Assembly: GCF_001194135.2 (NCBI RefSeq)
Contig: NC_068985.1
Span: 8,747,238-8,793,637, forward strand
Length of the DNA stretch: 46,400 bases
Origin: Octopus bimaculoides
Lineage: Eukaryota
Direction of reading: 5' to 3'
The position numbers and the translations under genes were made by a program. Positions 35,171 through 46,400 of this stretch are shown one piece after another (position 1 is the stretch's first letter; the number at the start of each line of letters is the position of its first letter). Below the pieces are notes generated by a model. The model made no database searches. It was not told where the DNA came from and saw only the letters and a program-made list of their open reading frames with translations.

Positions 35171-35879
35171 TTTATGGTGAACCATTTTCATTGCATATCA
35201 TACTTCCGTGTGTTTATCTCCAGAAACTAAAAAGACAGTCGATATTAATTAGTGCATGAGAAGTCTTAGAATGTAAACAGTAACATTAGCCGAATTTGGT
35301 GAATATATTATTCAAACAAACGTTCATAAAAGCTTGGTATATCAAATAGATATATTCCTATTCTGTACCTGAAATAAATCACATTACATACATATCTCAC
35401 TCAGATATAATCCATTAATATGAGTAAAGTTAGGGTTAGATATTAAAAAAAAGGAACAAATACATCTATTTCTTCCTATAATACTATGAATATCTATGGT
35501 TTTAGCGCTTTTATTACAATCTTTACTTCCTTTTATCCGTTTATATGCAATACATGAAAATAATATCTGTTTATCGATATGTTTATATTAATAAAACAGA
35601 AGTATCTTATTGGCTACGCTCACCTATGAATCTGTTTACTTCAATACAGTCTATTTTCTTGTTTTACACATCCATAATCCTTTAACCAGTAATAATACTT
35701 GGTTACAAATAATCTACAGATACACTTTTATGCGTTCGTTTATCTATTCAACTGTAGTTCTTTGTTTCTTTTAATCTCATAACAACAGTTGTTTCGGATT
35801 ATTTTAAATCCATTCCTATATTATATTTGAGAATTTATGCATTTCTATCCATCTGTCTGTCGAAACGCATACACACATG

Positions 35880-35994
35880 CATGTATATATATATAGAGAG
35901 AGAGAGATACATACACGCATGCACGCACACACACGCACACACACACACACACACGCGCAAACACACACACACAGACACACATGCACACACAATG

Positions 35995-36036
<42 letters not shown>

Positions 36037-36058
36037 TACATACAAACATATATATATA

Positions 36059-36100
<42 letters not shown>

Positions 36101-36224
36101 NNNNNNNNNNNNNNNNNNNNNNNNNNNNNNNNNNNNNNNNNNNNNNNNNNNNNNNNNNNNNNNNNNNNNNNNNNNNNNNNNNNNNNNNNNNNNNNNNNNN
36201 NNNNNNNNNNNNNNNNNNNNNNNN

Positions 36225-36278
<54 letters not shown>
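35880..36278. repeat. Compound CA/TA/TG microsatellite cluster with gap (N 36101-36224)
   Basis: Directly visible. Confidence 0.95.
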
Positions 36279-37815
36279 CTTTTAATATACAGGTAAAGAC
36301 GCGCAGCCAAACACAGAGGAACAGAATACAGCGCCAGTGAATGGTAAGAAAACGCTGGGAGCAAATAATTATTTTTATTGTATCTGTTGATACACAAACC
36401 TAATGGCTTCTTAAAACTGTCCTCATTTGATCTCCTCTATAACTAATAGGCAAAGTTCTTAGGTCATTTTCAATCTAGTTGAATTAGTAGAAAACACCCA
36501 GCACACTGAATGATTAAGTGTACCATGATTTATTAGTCATTTGAAAACAATCAATAAGAAATGTTTTGAATTTAAAAAATATTTTCACTTTACTGATGTG
36601 ATTTGTACATTAATTTAGAAGTAAAAATAAAATGGAACATTTTAAAGCAAGACGCGAATCCAAAACAACAAATAAATTCGACACATATGGAAGACGCTGT
36701 CTAATAAAACCAAATGTAATTTATGGCCGAGGTGTGCGTATATCTACCTTAATGTCTGTGTAAGCTGTTAGTTCCTAGAGTATTGATTAACTTTTGCTTG
36801 TGCAGTGGAATACTTGCTTGCTGCATAGGACGTTAGTTTGTGAGTTGGCAAGAATCAATGAAGCATTGTGTTATTGTATGGCTTAGAAACAGCACAAGTG
36901 GAAGGGAAAGGGGAAGAAAAGTTCATGTCGAGTTAACCTGTTACAGCACCTGATATGTCAGTGGACACGGCTAAATTCGTTTCTAATATAACACATACCA
37001 TCAGACGCAATCACTCCATGTGCAGATAGGCATTAATTAAATAAGCACCTGTGCAAAGTTGATTAAGTGTTCAGCTCCAAAGGTGTCGATTATCTACCTG
37101 TTTTGCTTGCAGTATGTCCATAATTCTATTAAGGAAAGCATGAAGCTCAAAAGTCAGATTTTATTTCTTAAACCCTATTAACTGTATCCACCATAGCTTA
37201 AAATTTAAATTACAAATATTTCATGGGGAAACTGATTCAGTTAGAGCAGGAGAAAAGAAAGACGGGGAGGAAGGAGTGCTGAATGAGAGGAGAGGAATAT
37301 GGCAGAGGAACTCTAATATTGACTGTGGTGTTCTAGAAGCTGCAAGCTGGATGACGTCCAATATGACAAAAGGGCAGTGAGGAAGAGACAATTCGGGGTT
37401 GACTTAGTAGCAGCAGCAGGGCCAAAAAGAGAGGCTGGGAAAATAAGGTAAAAAGAGAAAAACAAAAACAAAAGAGGGTAAAGATAGTTATGTACAGTGA
37501 GAGCAGGTAACAAAAGAGAGAAATAAAAAACAGAGAAAAAATGAATGGGGGGGGGGAAGAAAGAAAGAGAAGAGAGAAAACACAGAGCGCTTATTACTTA
37601 CGAATGGAGGATTCAATCGCTGGAAAATTCATCCCGAATTGAATACAAATTTACTCACAGATCTCACTTTTGTGTCTACAAAGTGTGTTTAAATACCTGT
37701 CTATAGATAAACTATGTATACAACATAAAAAAGAAAGCACTGTAAATGCATTAATTATTTGTATACACTCACTCGCACACACTCATACGCACACAAACGA
37801 ACGTGTACTTACATG

Positions 37816-37861
<46 letters not shown>

Positions 37862-38035
37862 GATGTATGTATCTGGGAGACTATTCGTGTCTATGTATCA
37901 GAATGTTTTAATGTATCGTGGTAAAATGATACTTTGCGCTTTGAAGTTTGATAAAAACGGATACTTAGCCAGTCGCAAAATATAGATATGTATAAACAAG
38001 CTACCTTATTTAAATAAGTATTGCTTTGTTCACAA

Positions 38036-38075
<40 letters not shown>

Positions 38076-38113
38076 ACAGACTCACAGACACAAATACATA
38101 CATACATACATAC

Positions 38114-38366
38114 ATAACTGAAGCACTAGGTTTTGTTAGTAAACGCTTAAATGAGAATCTGGATAAACTGGGATTTTCAGAAAGAGAAATTGACCGGCTA
38201 ATTCGTACATTACAAGTGAGTGGAACAGTAAAAATATGCAAGACTTTTCTCAAGTTCCAAATGTGAATTTGTCTGTGTTAACTACATCCCAAAGATGGAG
38301 CCTTGTATCTTTATTGGAAACCGGCACCCACCTCAGTGGAAGATTTCTAATAATTAAAATTAGAAG
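38114..38366 (+). mobile_element. Extreme 3' end of the family 2 RLE LINE
   Basis: ALGFVSKRLNENLDKLGFSEREIDRLIRTLQVSGTVKICKTFLKFQM* plus 3' UTR; aligns with ~18420-18655. Confidence 0.92.
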
Positions 38367-38384
38367 ATACATAGCAATGTTACT

Positions 38385-40025
38385 ATATGGATGTGAAAAG
38401 ATGGAAAACTGTATACCAGACGGGCAACACCTCTATCAATGACTTTTCTGATTCTCCTATATTTGATGAGGAATGTTACAGGTATCTAGTGGTGGATGAA
38501 AATATATCTTGCAATGGCACCTGAATAAAACACGTGTCATTAAAGAATATTACAGTCGAATACAGAAACTTTGGACCTCAGAACTCTCTGCATTCAGTAA
38601 AACAGTGGCCCGCAATGTGTTTGTAATGCCAGTACTCATAGCAAAATTTGGGCTACTTGATTGGACGCTTGATGGGAACCGAGGCATTGATGTGAAAACC
38701 CAGAAGCACACATAATTTCCACATAAACAATGACGTAGGCCGTCTCTACCTAAAACGAAAACAAGGCAACAGAAGCTTAATATCGATCCAAAATGACTTT
38801 GAATGTCGAATCATATCCCCTTAGCGACATCTTTTAACCAGCAAGTGTCAAAATGCATCCCTTGACCAAATTTGCATACATGAGACTGATAACATCATAA
38901 GACTTGGAAAGCAGCTCCTTGAGCAACATTCCTTGTCTGATAACCTTAAATACATGACCAAAGAAGTCACACAACTCTACTGCAACGTATCATCAGATGA
39001 CCGGATGAGCCTTATATGAGTAGAAGAACATTCATTGATATGTTAATAGAAACCTCCGAGGTGATAGTAAAATTGATCATCAAAGCAGTCTATCATGGAC
39101 CAACAACCGGATTACTACCTCCCGCTCTGTAGGGTATGCATTTGCAATCCAGGAAGAGGAAATATCAATCAGACCCTTGATGCACAAATGGGAGAGGGAT
39201 GCAGGAAAAAGCAGTAAAATGTGACAACCGATGCAGATTTTGTGGGGTTAACACCGAAGATATCACCCACATCATAAACAGGGGTCCGAAGATCTCATCA
39301 CAGTATTATCTACCGATGAGGGGTAATGCTGTGGCAAGGACACTGTATAACGAGGTCTGTCAGAAGGATAACGCTGAGGACAAAGAAATAAGAAACCTCA
39401 GTATGATGGAAGTCATAGCCACTCATAATAATAAAAAGGAATATTGCTGGAATGTTCCAGTGAAAACCTCAGTAAAGTATAAACACAATAGGTCTGACAT
39501 TATTATTTGGGATAGATAAGAGAAACTGTGTAACGTTGTGGCAACCGGCTGCCCGGCGGATGTTAACATAATGCTGAAGATTAGTGTAAACGAGAACACC
39601 TATGCTCAACTACTGAGGAGTTTACAGCTACTCTCTCCAGATTACAAGTTCCGGTTTATACCTGTAATAATTGGAGCACTGGGATATTTAACACACTGCC
39701 TAAATACCTTGAGAAATTAGGCTTCTCAAAACCAGAAAGGAGAAAGCTGATTCGAAAACTACAGATCCAAGCTATCACTGGAACTAGAAATCTGTAAAAC
39801 ATTTCAGAAGTTTATTATTTAAGTATATACGAGCATGTCTAGATATGCGAGTATATGCATGAAAATACATACATAAAACAAAACATACAAATCTACACGA
39901 ATACATACATACATTTATACTAAATTAGCCTGTTGATGTTGAAATTCCACTGAAGGAACCTTGGCGCTAGGTTAGAAACCGGCTCTTTCTTTATTAGCAA
40001 GAAATCCTAAAATAAAATTGAATAA
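38385..40025 (+). mobile_element. 5'-truncated RLE non-LTR retrotransposon related to family 2
   Basis: CYRYL.VDENI..NKTRVIKEYYSRIQKLWTSELS..FVMPVL..FGLLDWT; CDNRCRFCGVNTEDITHII..YYLPMR; HNRSDIIIWDR; GCPADVNI; PVIIGALG; EKLGFSK..KLIRKLQIQAITGT; then 3' UTR. Confidence 0.92.
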
Positions 40026-40828
40026 TATACACATTAGCATGGGCCCTCAGGAATTCTGGAGGGTGCTCTCCAGCATGCTGGAAAACCACTGCTTTGTCAA
40101 AGGATGTCCCTAGGAGACATGAATCTATTTCATTTAATCTAGGGACTAATTCATATCAAACTATAAAAAGGATGGAAAATAAATTCAAGGAAACATGATA
40201 TAATAGTTAAGGCAAATTAATATGCAGGTAATTCAGTTGACTAAACGGAATCCATTTTACTCACACTGGGGACTACATCATTACAAATAGAGGATGGATG
40301 GAAATCATTTAGAGCAAAACACCAAATAGATTTTAGGAAACACAAATTAATTATAAGAGATAATGCACTGGTTATGTCTATGCATGAACAAGCTAATTTA
40401 GTAATTCAGTTAAAACATATCGCACTTTCGTCGAATACCAGTCAGCCATGTTTATTAACTAATTTAGCGATGCAGAAGCAGGTTGAGGAACAGCTGAATC
40501 AGCCTTTCTGGCATTGTTAGTGTTGTTTGGTCCATCGTGAGCGCTAATAAAAGATGGTGGTGATCAAAAGTTTTCTAACAAAAGCCATCTTTACCTATTG
40601 TACGTCAAGAAGAACTGTATTGTCTTTATATAAGGTAAAAGTGTGATTTGTAAGGGGCGGATTTAGCTGTCATTTCTGCCAGTTCACGTGGTCCTATAAA
40701 GGTTCCATAGGTTAGCGTTTTCTAGGTTGGCGTTCTTAATTCGTAATTCATAATTCGATATTGGCGTTCGTAATTCGTTCGTAATTCGATAAAATGCAGT
40801 AACGTACACATGCGCGTGCATATTCATT

Positions 40829-40831
<3 letters not shown>

Positions 40832-40880
<49 letters not shown>

Positions 40881-40910
40881 GAAACGCACCTACATACATA
40901 CATACATACA

Positions 40911-40944
<34 letters not shown>

Positions 40945-40960
40945 CATACATAAATACATA
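40832..40960. repeat. (CA)n plus (TACA)n microsatellites
   Basis: Directly visible. Confidence 0.95.
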
Positions 40961-41152
40961 CATACAAGCACGAGCTCGTAATATATATATATAGTATATA
41001 TTAATAAGCAATCAGGAAAGCGAAAACATGAATCTCCGAAGTTTTGAATAAATTGAATACATATAAACATACATACATACATTTACACACACACATATAT
41101 ACATACATACTTGCATATCTACGCGCACAAAAATGCATATAGGCTAGGGCTT

Positions 41153-41203
41153 GGCTGCCTGCATTGACAAGGGGCAACACCCTGAAACTAGTCTGCAGAT
41201 GCC
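41153..41203 (+). ncRNA. Decayed minimal type I hammerhead-like motif with GUC cleavage triplet
   Basis: CUGCA-UUGACAA-GGGG(CAACA)CCCU-GAAACUAGUC^UGCAG. Perfect 5-bp stem I extended by GGC/GCC, palindromic ACUAGU stem III; the core deviates from CUGANGA at two positions. Confidence 0.65.
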
Positions 41204-41439
41204 AAACCAGCAGGGGGACACTGCTGACCTCCCCTGTTTGAAGGTTATAAAGGACACAGGTTTCGTGTGTCACATAGCTAGCTAGAGGCGATGGCTTCAT
41301 GGAGCTAATTCACGGCAGCTTTCGTCCTAATTTTGGGACTGCCATNNNNNNNNNNTATATATATATATATATATACATGCTTGAATATATGTGTATGCAT
41401 ATATGAATACATATATACATTTATAACTGTGTATATATA

Positions 41440-41477
<38 letters not shown>

Positions 41478-42283
41478 TGTGCCTATGTATGTATGTAGGC
41501 ATGTATGTATATATGTACGTATGTTAGTATGTACGTACGTACATATGCTTGCAAGCGGAAAGAGTCGAAGACATTTGATTTGTAATGGAAGAATGATTGA
41601 GAAAAACTTGTTACACATTTCATAAATTCTACCCATGAGACAAACAGAACTAAATGTTATTTATTATTTCATGTCGCATTGTGTTTTCTTCAGAACATCA
41701 ACCATGTTTTACTTAACTGTCAAAAGAGGAGCTCTAAAGTGGATTAGATTGAATGTTGAGCTTTGATATGGAAACTAAGAAGTGCCTGTTAAGCCATGCT
41801 GCACGCAATCATAATTTATCTACTAAATGTTCATTGAACATAAAAAGAAACATAAAAATATTTCTATTCAATTAATTTGAATTATACTCTTTTGCTACTC
41901 ACGGTAAATGGAATTCTGTTCCAAGATTTTAGACGTTACATAACGTCTTGAAAATCACACGGGAATTCAAACCCACTAAGCTATAATTTTATAGAATAAT
42001 AAATACAAAATGTGTCACGGATCAAAGTAGTTTTTTTGCATTTTCTTTTATGGGATATTGATCGCCAGAACAGTAATGGGTCAAGTGAAAAGGCGTTGGT
42101 TCACATTCAGTTACCGACTTTGTAACATCTATAACCAAAATACTAATAAATCACTTCATACCGCTAAGATTTAAACAACGGTACTATGACTCGATGTGTG
42201 CTTACCTCAACTTCATTTTGTGTATATAGCTTCAAGCGCAATGATCTCTCCAAAAGTAGTTTATATGTTTATATATAAATATT

Positions 42284-42499
42284 CTTTTCTACTTTAGGTA
42301 CAAAGCCAGAATTTTTTTAGTGGTGGGGGCAGTCGATCAGATCGACCCCAGTGCGCAACTAATACTTAATTTGTCGACTCCGAAAGGATGAAAGGCAAAG
42401 TCGACCTCAGTGGAATTTGAACTCAGAACGTAAAGACAGACGAAATATCGCTAAGCATTTCGCCCGGCGTGCTAATGTTTCTGCTAGCTCGCCGCTTTG
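42284..42499 (-). mobile_element. SINE family C, full length, with 17-bp target-site duplication
   Basis: GTTTATATATAAATATT at 42267-42283 and 42500-42516; intact head and core. Confidence 0.93.
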
Positions 42500-42529
42500 G
42501 TTTATATATAAATATTATATGTAGATCTC

Positions 42530-42747
42530 AGGCGTCGATCTGGTAGAGCCGTTAACACACCGGGCAAAAGGCTTACCAGCATTTCGTCCATCTTTACAGT
42601 CTGAGTTCAAACTCCCCCATGGTCGATTTTGCCTTTCATCCTTCGAGGACGATAGAATAAATACCAGTTGAGCACGGGAGTCAATCTAATCGATTTAGCT
42701 CCTCCCCGCAAAATGTTTTGTCTTGTACCAAAATTTGGAACTAATAC
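42530..42747 (+). mobile_element. SINE family C, full length, older copy
   Basis: Head AGGCGTCGATCTGGTAGAGCCGTTA.., GAGTTCAAACTCC; probable TSD TATATGTAGA at 42516-42525 and 42748-42757. Confidence 0.85.
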
Positions 42748-45158
42748 TATATGTAGACTAAATCTCCAGTAATATATCTCCTGCTATAGAGCAATGACGT
42801 TTAGAAACCGTCATATTATACTGATTTATCATATTATAAGTATATCTTATAAACAGATGCTTTCATTGTGGCAGACAACATTGCATGATGATACAAGAGA
42901 TCATTTCAAAATGCTTTCTCAAATCGAAATGAGTGTAAGATTACTGTTGACTTGTATTTTACAAACGTAAGGCATCGAAGTTATCGTGTTTCTTCATCAG
43001 AGCTGTTTTTCATTTGGTGTTTCTTTACTAATGCAGAAGCCATGTTAGCATTTATAGAGGCATTAGGTTGGTATTTGTTGTTCTCAAACGATTATTGTCT
43101 TATATTAGCATTACAAATAGTAATTTCTTTTTATTCTTGCTACTGATGCTGACAAAAACCATGAAACCTGAAGATGCAGGAAAAGTTTCCATTTTATCAT
43201 TAATTCGACATAATTCTTACACGCAAAAATTGATCAACCTGAAAGTGATGGATGCGTTTCCATTTTTTAAAAACAATAGAGTTAATTTTCAAGGATACAA
43301 AACAAAGACTTTAGAGAAGATATGTCACCTTATTTGATTAGTTCTGCTTTTAGATTTTCGGAGGTGTTGAATTTGTTTTCTGTTGGGCTTTACAGGTATA
43401 TGTGATATCATTTACATGTATATATTCTTTATAGAAGATATATCTTGTGGGTTTTCTGTTTAAGCAGGTTCACGTGTGTTTAGGACTGATTTCCTTGGAG
43501 TGTTTATTATATATAGCAAGCTTGTATTTTCATTAAAGAAAACCGCTGTGCAGCATCAACGATTATGAGTGTGATAAGAAGCTTCAAGATTTGTCATACA
43601 ACATTGCAAAAAGCGAAGTTTGGATACTCATTTTGAGTTAAAACCTTGGCGTTCAGGATATGTTTTCTGTTGCGCCAAGGGCATACGTATTTCTACTATG
43701 CTCTGTCGTACCAAGAAGACATATCTATCGCTCCTTCTCCACTGACTTCGAAAGAATAAAATCAATAAAATCAATCCTTCGAGGCATAAAGATTACTAAT
43801 AATGGAGTCTATTTTCTGTTTCATAAATCCAAGTCTCGGCCTTAGAATTAAACTAATTTGTTAATTAGCTAGAAGGGAAGACGCAGTACTCTTGACATTT
43901 GCAGGTAATTATTGATCTTTGATATCGATTCAGTTTGATGTTCAGCTTTAACATCCACATACGACACCTTCCGTAATAATTAGACACAGAAAGACACTCT
44001 ACAGATAGGTTTATATCAGGAGGAGACGTAACATGAAGCAAAGAAATTAAGAGATTAATGTTGGTTCTAAGGTCAAGTATTTAATAAAGGATCACAACAG
44101 TGATGAAATGATAATAGGAGACCGGGGTGTCGGGTTGAACTAGGCTTAGAATTTATGCTGGAGCCTTATTTCGAAGAAGAGACACGCTGCAGAAGAGGAA
44201 AATAATACAGTAAGAATGATGCCTAAATATAGAATTGATTCATGGATGTTGGTGTTGAATAGACTTTTTTCCAAATTTATGACCAGTGCCCGTCGGCGCC
44301 TAAACCTGCAACACTACCCATGCCTGCTTAGTAAGGAAGATGAGTTTTGTCGGTTGACTTGCAAGAGGGAAAAACAACGGTCAAAGAACTAAAAAAAAAA
44401 AGCAATAGTCAACGGTCAAACAACAGCAGGCCGTGAGAAATTCCTAATCTTTACTTAGACATCTCTCTAGAAGAAGGAAATTGCCATATGAATCTTATGA
44501 CTGGCATTGGATATACACTCCTAAAGAGGCACAAACTGTTAGCTTCTGAGCATTTTTGAATCTTGTGATTCATGCATTCACCTGATGAAACCGTTTTCCT
44601 AATGATGTAATGCCTCCCCAAAATTTCGGGCCTTGTGCCAAGAGTAGAAAAGAATAATTCTCGTAAACGCAAATAATATTTAGTGAATTTTCAGATGATC
44701 CTCAGTCTATTTGCTTGGCGTTCTAGAAATATCTTAACCGACACACTTCCGACCTTAAAAACAAGGGAAGGATATTGAATAAGCTCGTCTAACATAAACT
44801 TCGTCTGAAATGAGTAGACGGTTTCGACTGGAATTCTTTTGATCGTAAATCTACTCAGTCAGATCTGAACAAAACAACAACAACAACAAGATAATCAATT
44901 GTGTTATATATTATCTACTCACTAATTAATCGCCATAGACAAGTAACCAAGCATTATCTACTTAAGTGAAGGAAATATATTGGTTTCTGCTTCAGTAAGT
45001 TGTGTGAAGATTTAGATCATCCGCAGAAGGAATTACTTTTCAAATACTGTTTCAGCTCTCTGCATCAGTTACTTGTATCTCATTCGGCAACACCTTTACA
45101 TTTGTGCCAACTAGGCTGCTAGTAGTCAACGAAATGGCCTGCATATGATGTTGATTGT

Positions 45159-45471
45159 GAAGTTGCATGGCTTTAGTGGTTACGGTATTCGTCTCACGGT
45201 CGTGAGTTCGACTCCAGGTGGTGCGTTGTGTCCTTGAGCAAGACACTTTATTTCACGTTGCTCCAGTCCCCTCAGCTGGCAAAGATGAGTAGTACCTCGG
45301 TATTTGAATGAGCCAGCCTTGTCACATTCCATATCACGCTGAATCTTTCTGAGAAATGCGTTAAGGATACGTGTGTCTGTCTGTGGAGTGCTCAGCCACT
45401 AGCACGCTAATTCCTCGAGATGGCTGTTCCGTTGAGTGGATCGACTGGGTTGCTTGTAATCGTAATCGACG
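45159..45471 (+). mobile_element. SINE family E
   Basis: GAGTTCGACTCC box B, GCGTTGTGTCCTTGAGCAAGACACTTTA segment, B-type 3' half. Confidence 0.85.
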
Positions 45472-45859
45472 TATATGAATTTGATTGATATGCTATAAAC
45501 AGAAGACACAAGTTCCACAAATCAAGCAATACAATTGGAAAAAAAAGATAGAATTTGAGAGATACGAAGTTCGATCCTCTGTAACAGCTACTGGCTACAT
45601 TTCCATGTGTTGGGGCATTTTACCCAATTTTCTGAAACTCTTTTCACAGCTGCCATCCTGCTTTCGAGATTTCCTTCGTTTGTAAATGTAGTATATATAG
45701 AACGACGTAGTCCTAAATATTGTACACTTGAATAAAATTTGGAGCATATCTGATCATATATCTGCAGGATGAGAATTGATCTGGGGCAAACAACTAAAGC
45801 CTAGAGTTCTTATAATGCTGCTCAACAGAATTCAGAAACCCAATTTCTGCGGGATGCAG

Positions 45860-46230
45860 CGATCTGTTCGTTCATTGTTTTTACACTGGCTGCTTCCCCA
45901 AAACAGAAAGACATGACTAAATATGGCTATGCATGAAAGGCTTTCTTCACTTCCTCAAAAGAACAGGTGAACACCCATGAGTCTTTTCAAGGAAACCTAG
46001 GCTTATACGAAGAAGCGCATAAGTCCTCAACAGTCTGGAAATTTGATCCATATTCTTGTTGTGGAGTAGATACTGCTAAAACCCGCCCAGGAGTATGTTA
46101 CTAATGATACTCAAACAAGCAGGAACTTAGCTGTTGAACAATGTCAGAAGGAATCATTCACAAGGGTCTAAATGAATTGAGGCTCTGACAGAAGAACTTG
46201 CGCCGAGAAACAACTTGCAGCAAGATTATG
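45860..46230 (+). mobile_element. Possible heavily decayed RTE C-terminal remnant
   Basis: GGAAACCTAGGCTT.. (GKPRL-like) and KFDPYS..AKTRP weakly resemble GRPxLRYKD..IDPxxWExxAxDR. Confidence 0.3.
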
Positions 46231-46400
46231 CTCAATGCTGTGGCGCTGAGAAACGTGCTTCTAAAAACAACATACGGCAGTTATTGCTCAAGATTGTATA
46301 GCACACATGCATGAATACGACATACGTATGCATGTATGTATGTTCGTATGTAAATGTGTATCTATGTATACGCGCGCCAGTGTGTGTGTGTGTCTGTATA

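Noticed and set aside
36059-36278. (TG)n-gap-(CA)n as a giant hairpin
   Set aside because: The arms meet across an N-gap, so orientation or assembly artefact cannot be excluded.
42981-43000. Minus-strand CTGATGAAGAAACACG
   Set aside because: Core words abut with no stem II, stem III or stem I.
43644-43680. CCTTGGCG..CGCCAAGG hairpin as a pre-miRNA
   Set aside because: Only ~37 nt, too short for a Drosha/Dicer hairpin, and single copy.

Overview
AT-rich, microsatellite-dense eukaryotic DNA with eight N-gaps. By inference from composition and repeat types it looks like a cephalopod (Octopus-like) intronic or intergenic region; no database was searched. No host protein-coding gene, true tRNA/rRNA gene or CRISPR array can be supported, and nearly all listed ORFs are microsatellite, gap or repeat artefacts. 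The window is a retroelement graveyard with four main components: (i) about 20 copies or fragments of at least four tRNA-headed SINE families, labelled here A, B/E, C and F; (ii) decayed non-LTR retrotransposons of the R4/Dong-like RLE type and the RTE type; (iii) a decayed Penelope-like (Naiad-type) RT; (iv) several long palindromes. The main discovery is a set of type-I hammerhead-ribozyme-like motifs from at least three unrelated repeat families. One is a ~230-270 bp element present twice (842-1068 minus, 33951-34221 plus). In both copies stem I and the GAAA/palindromic stem III/GUA site are kept, but stem II is replaced by an insert of exactly 105 nt, and each copy is bracketed by mutually inverted microsatellites. 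Together with the Penelope-like RT this suggests a PLE/retrozyme-like mobilisation system. All calls come from by-eye alignment and translation, and repeat boundaries are approximate.
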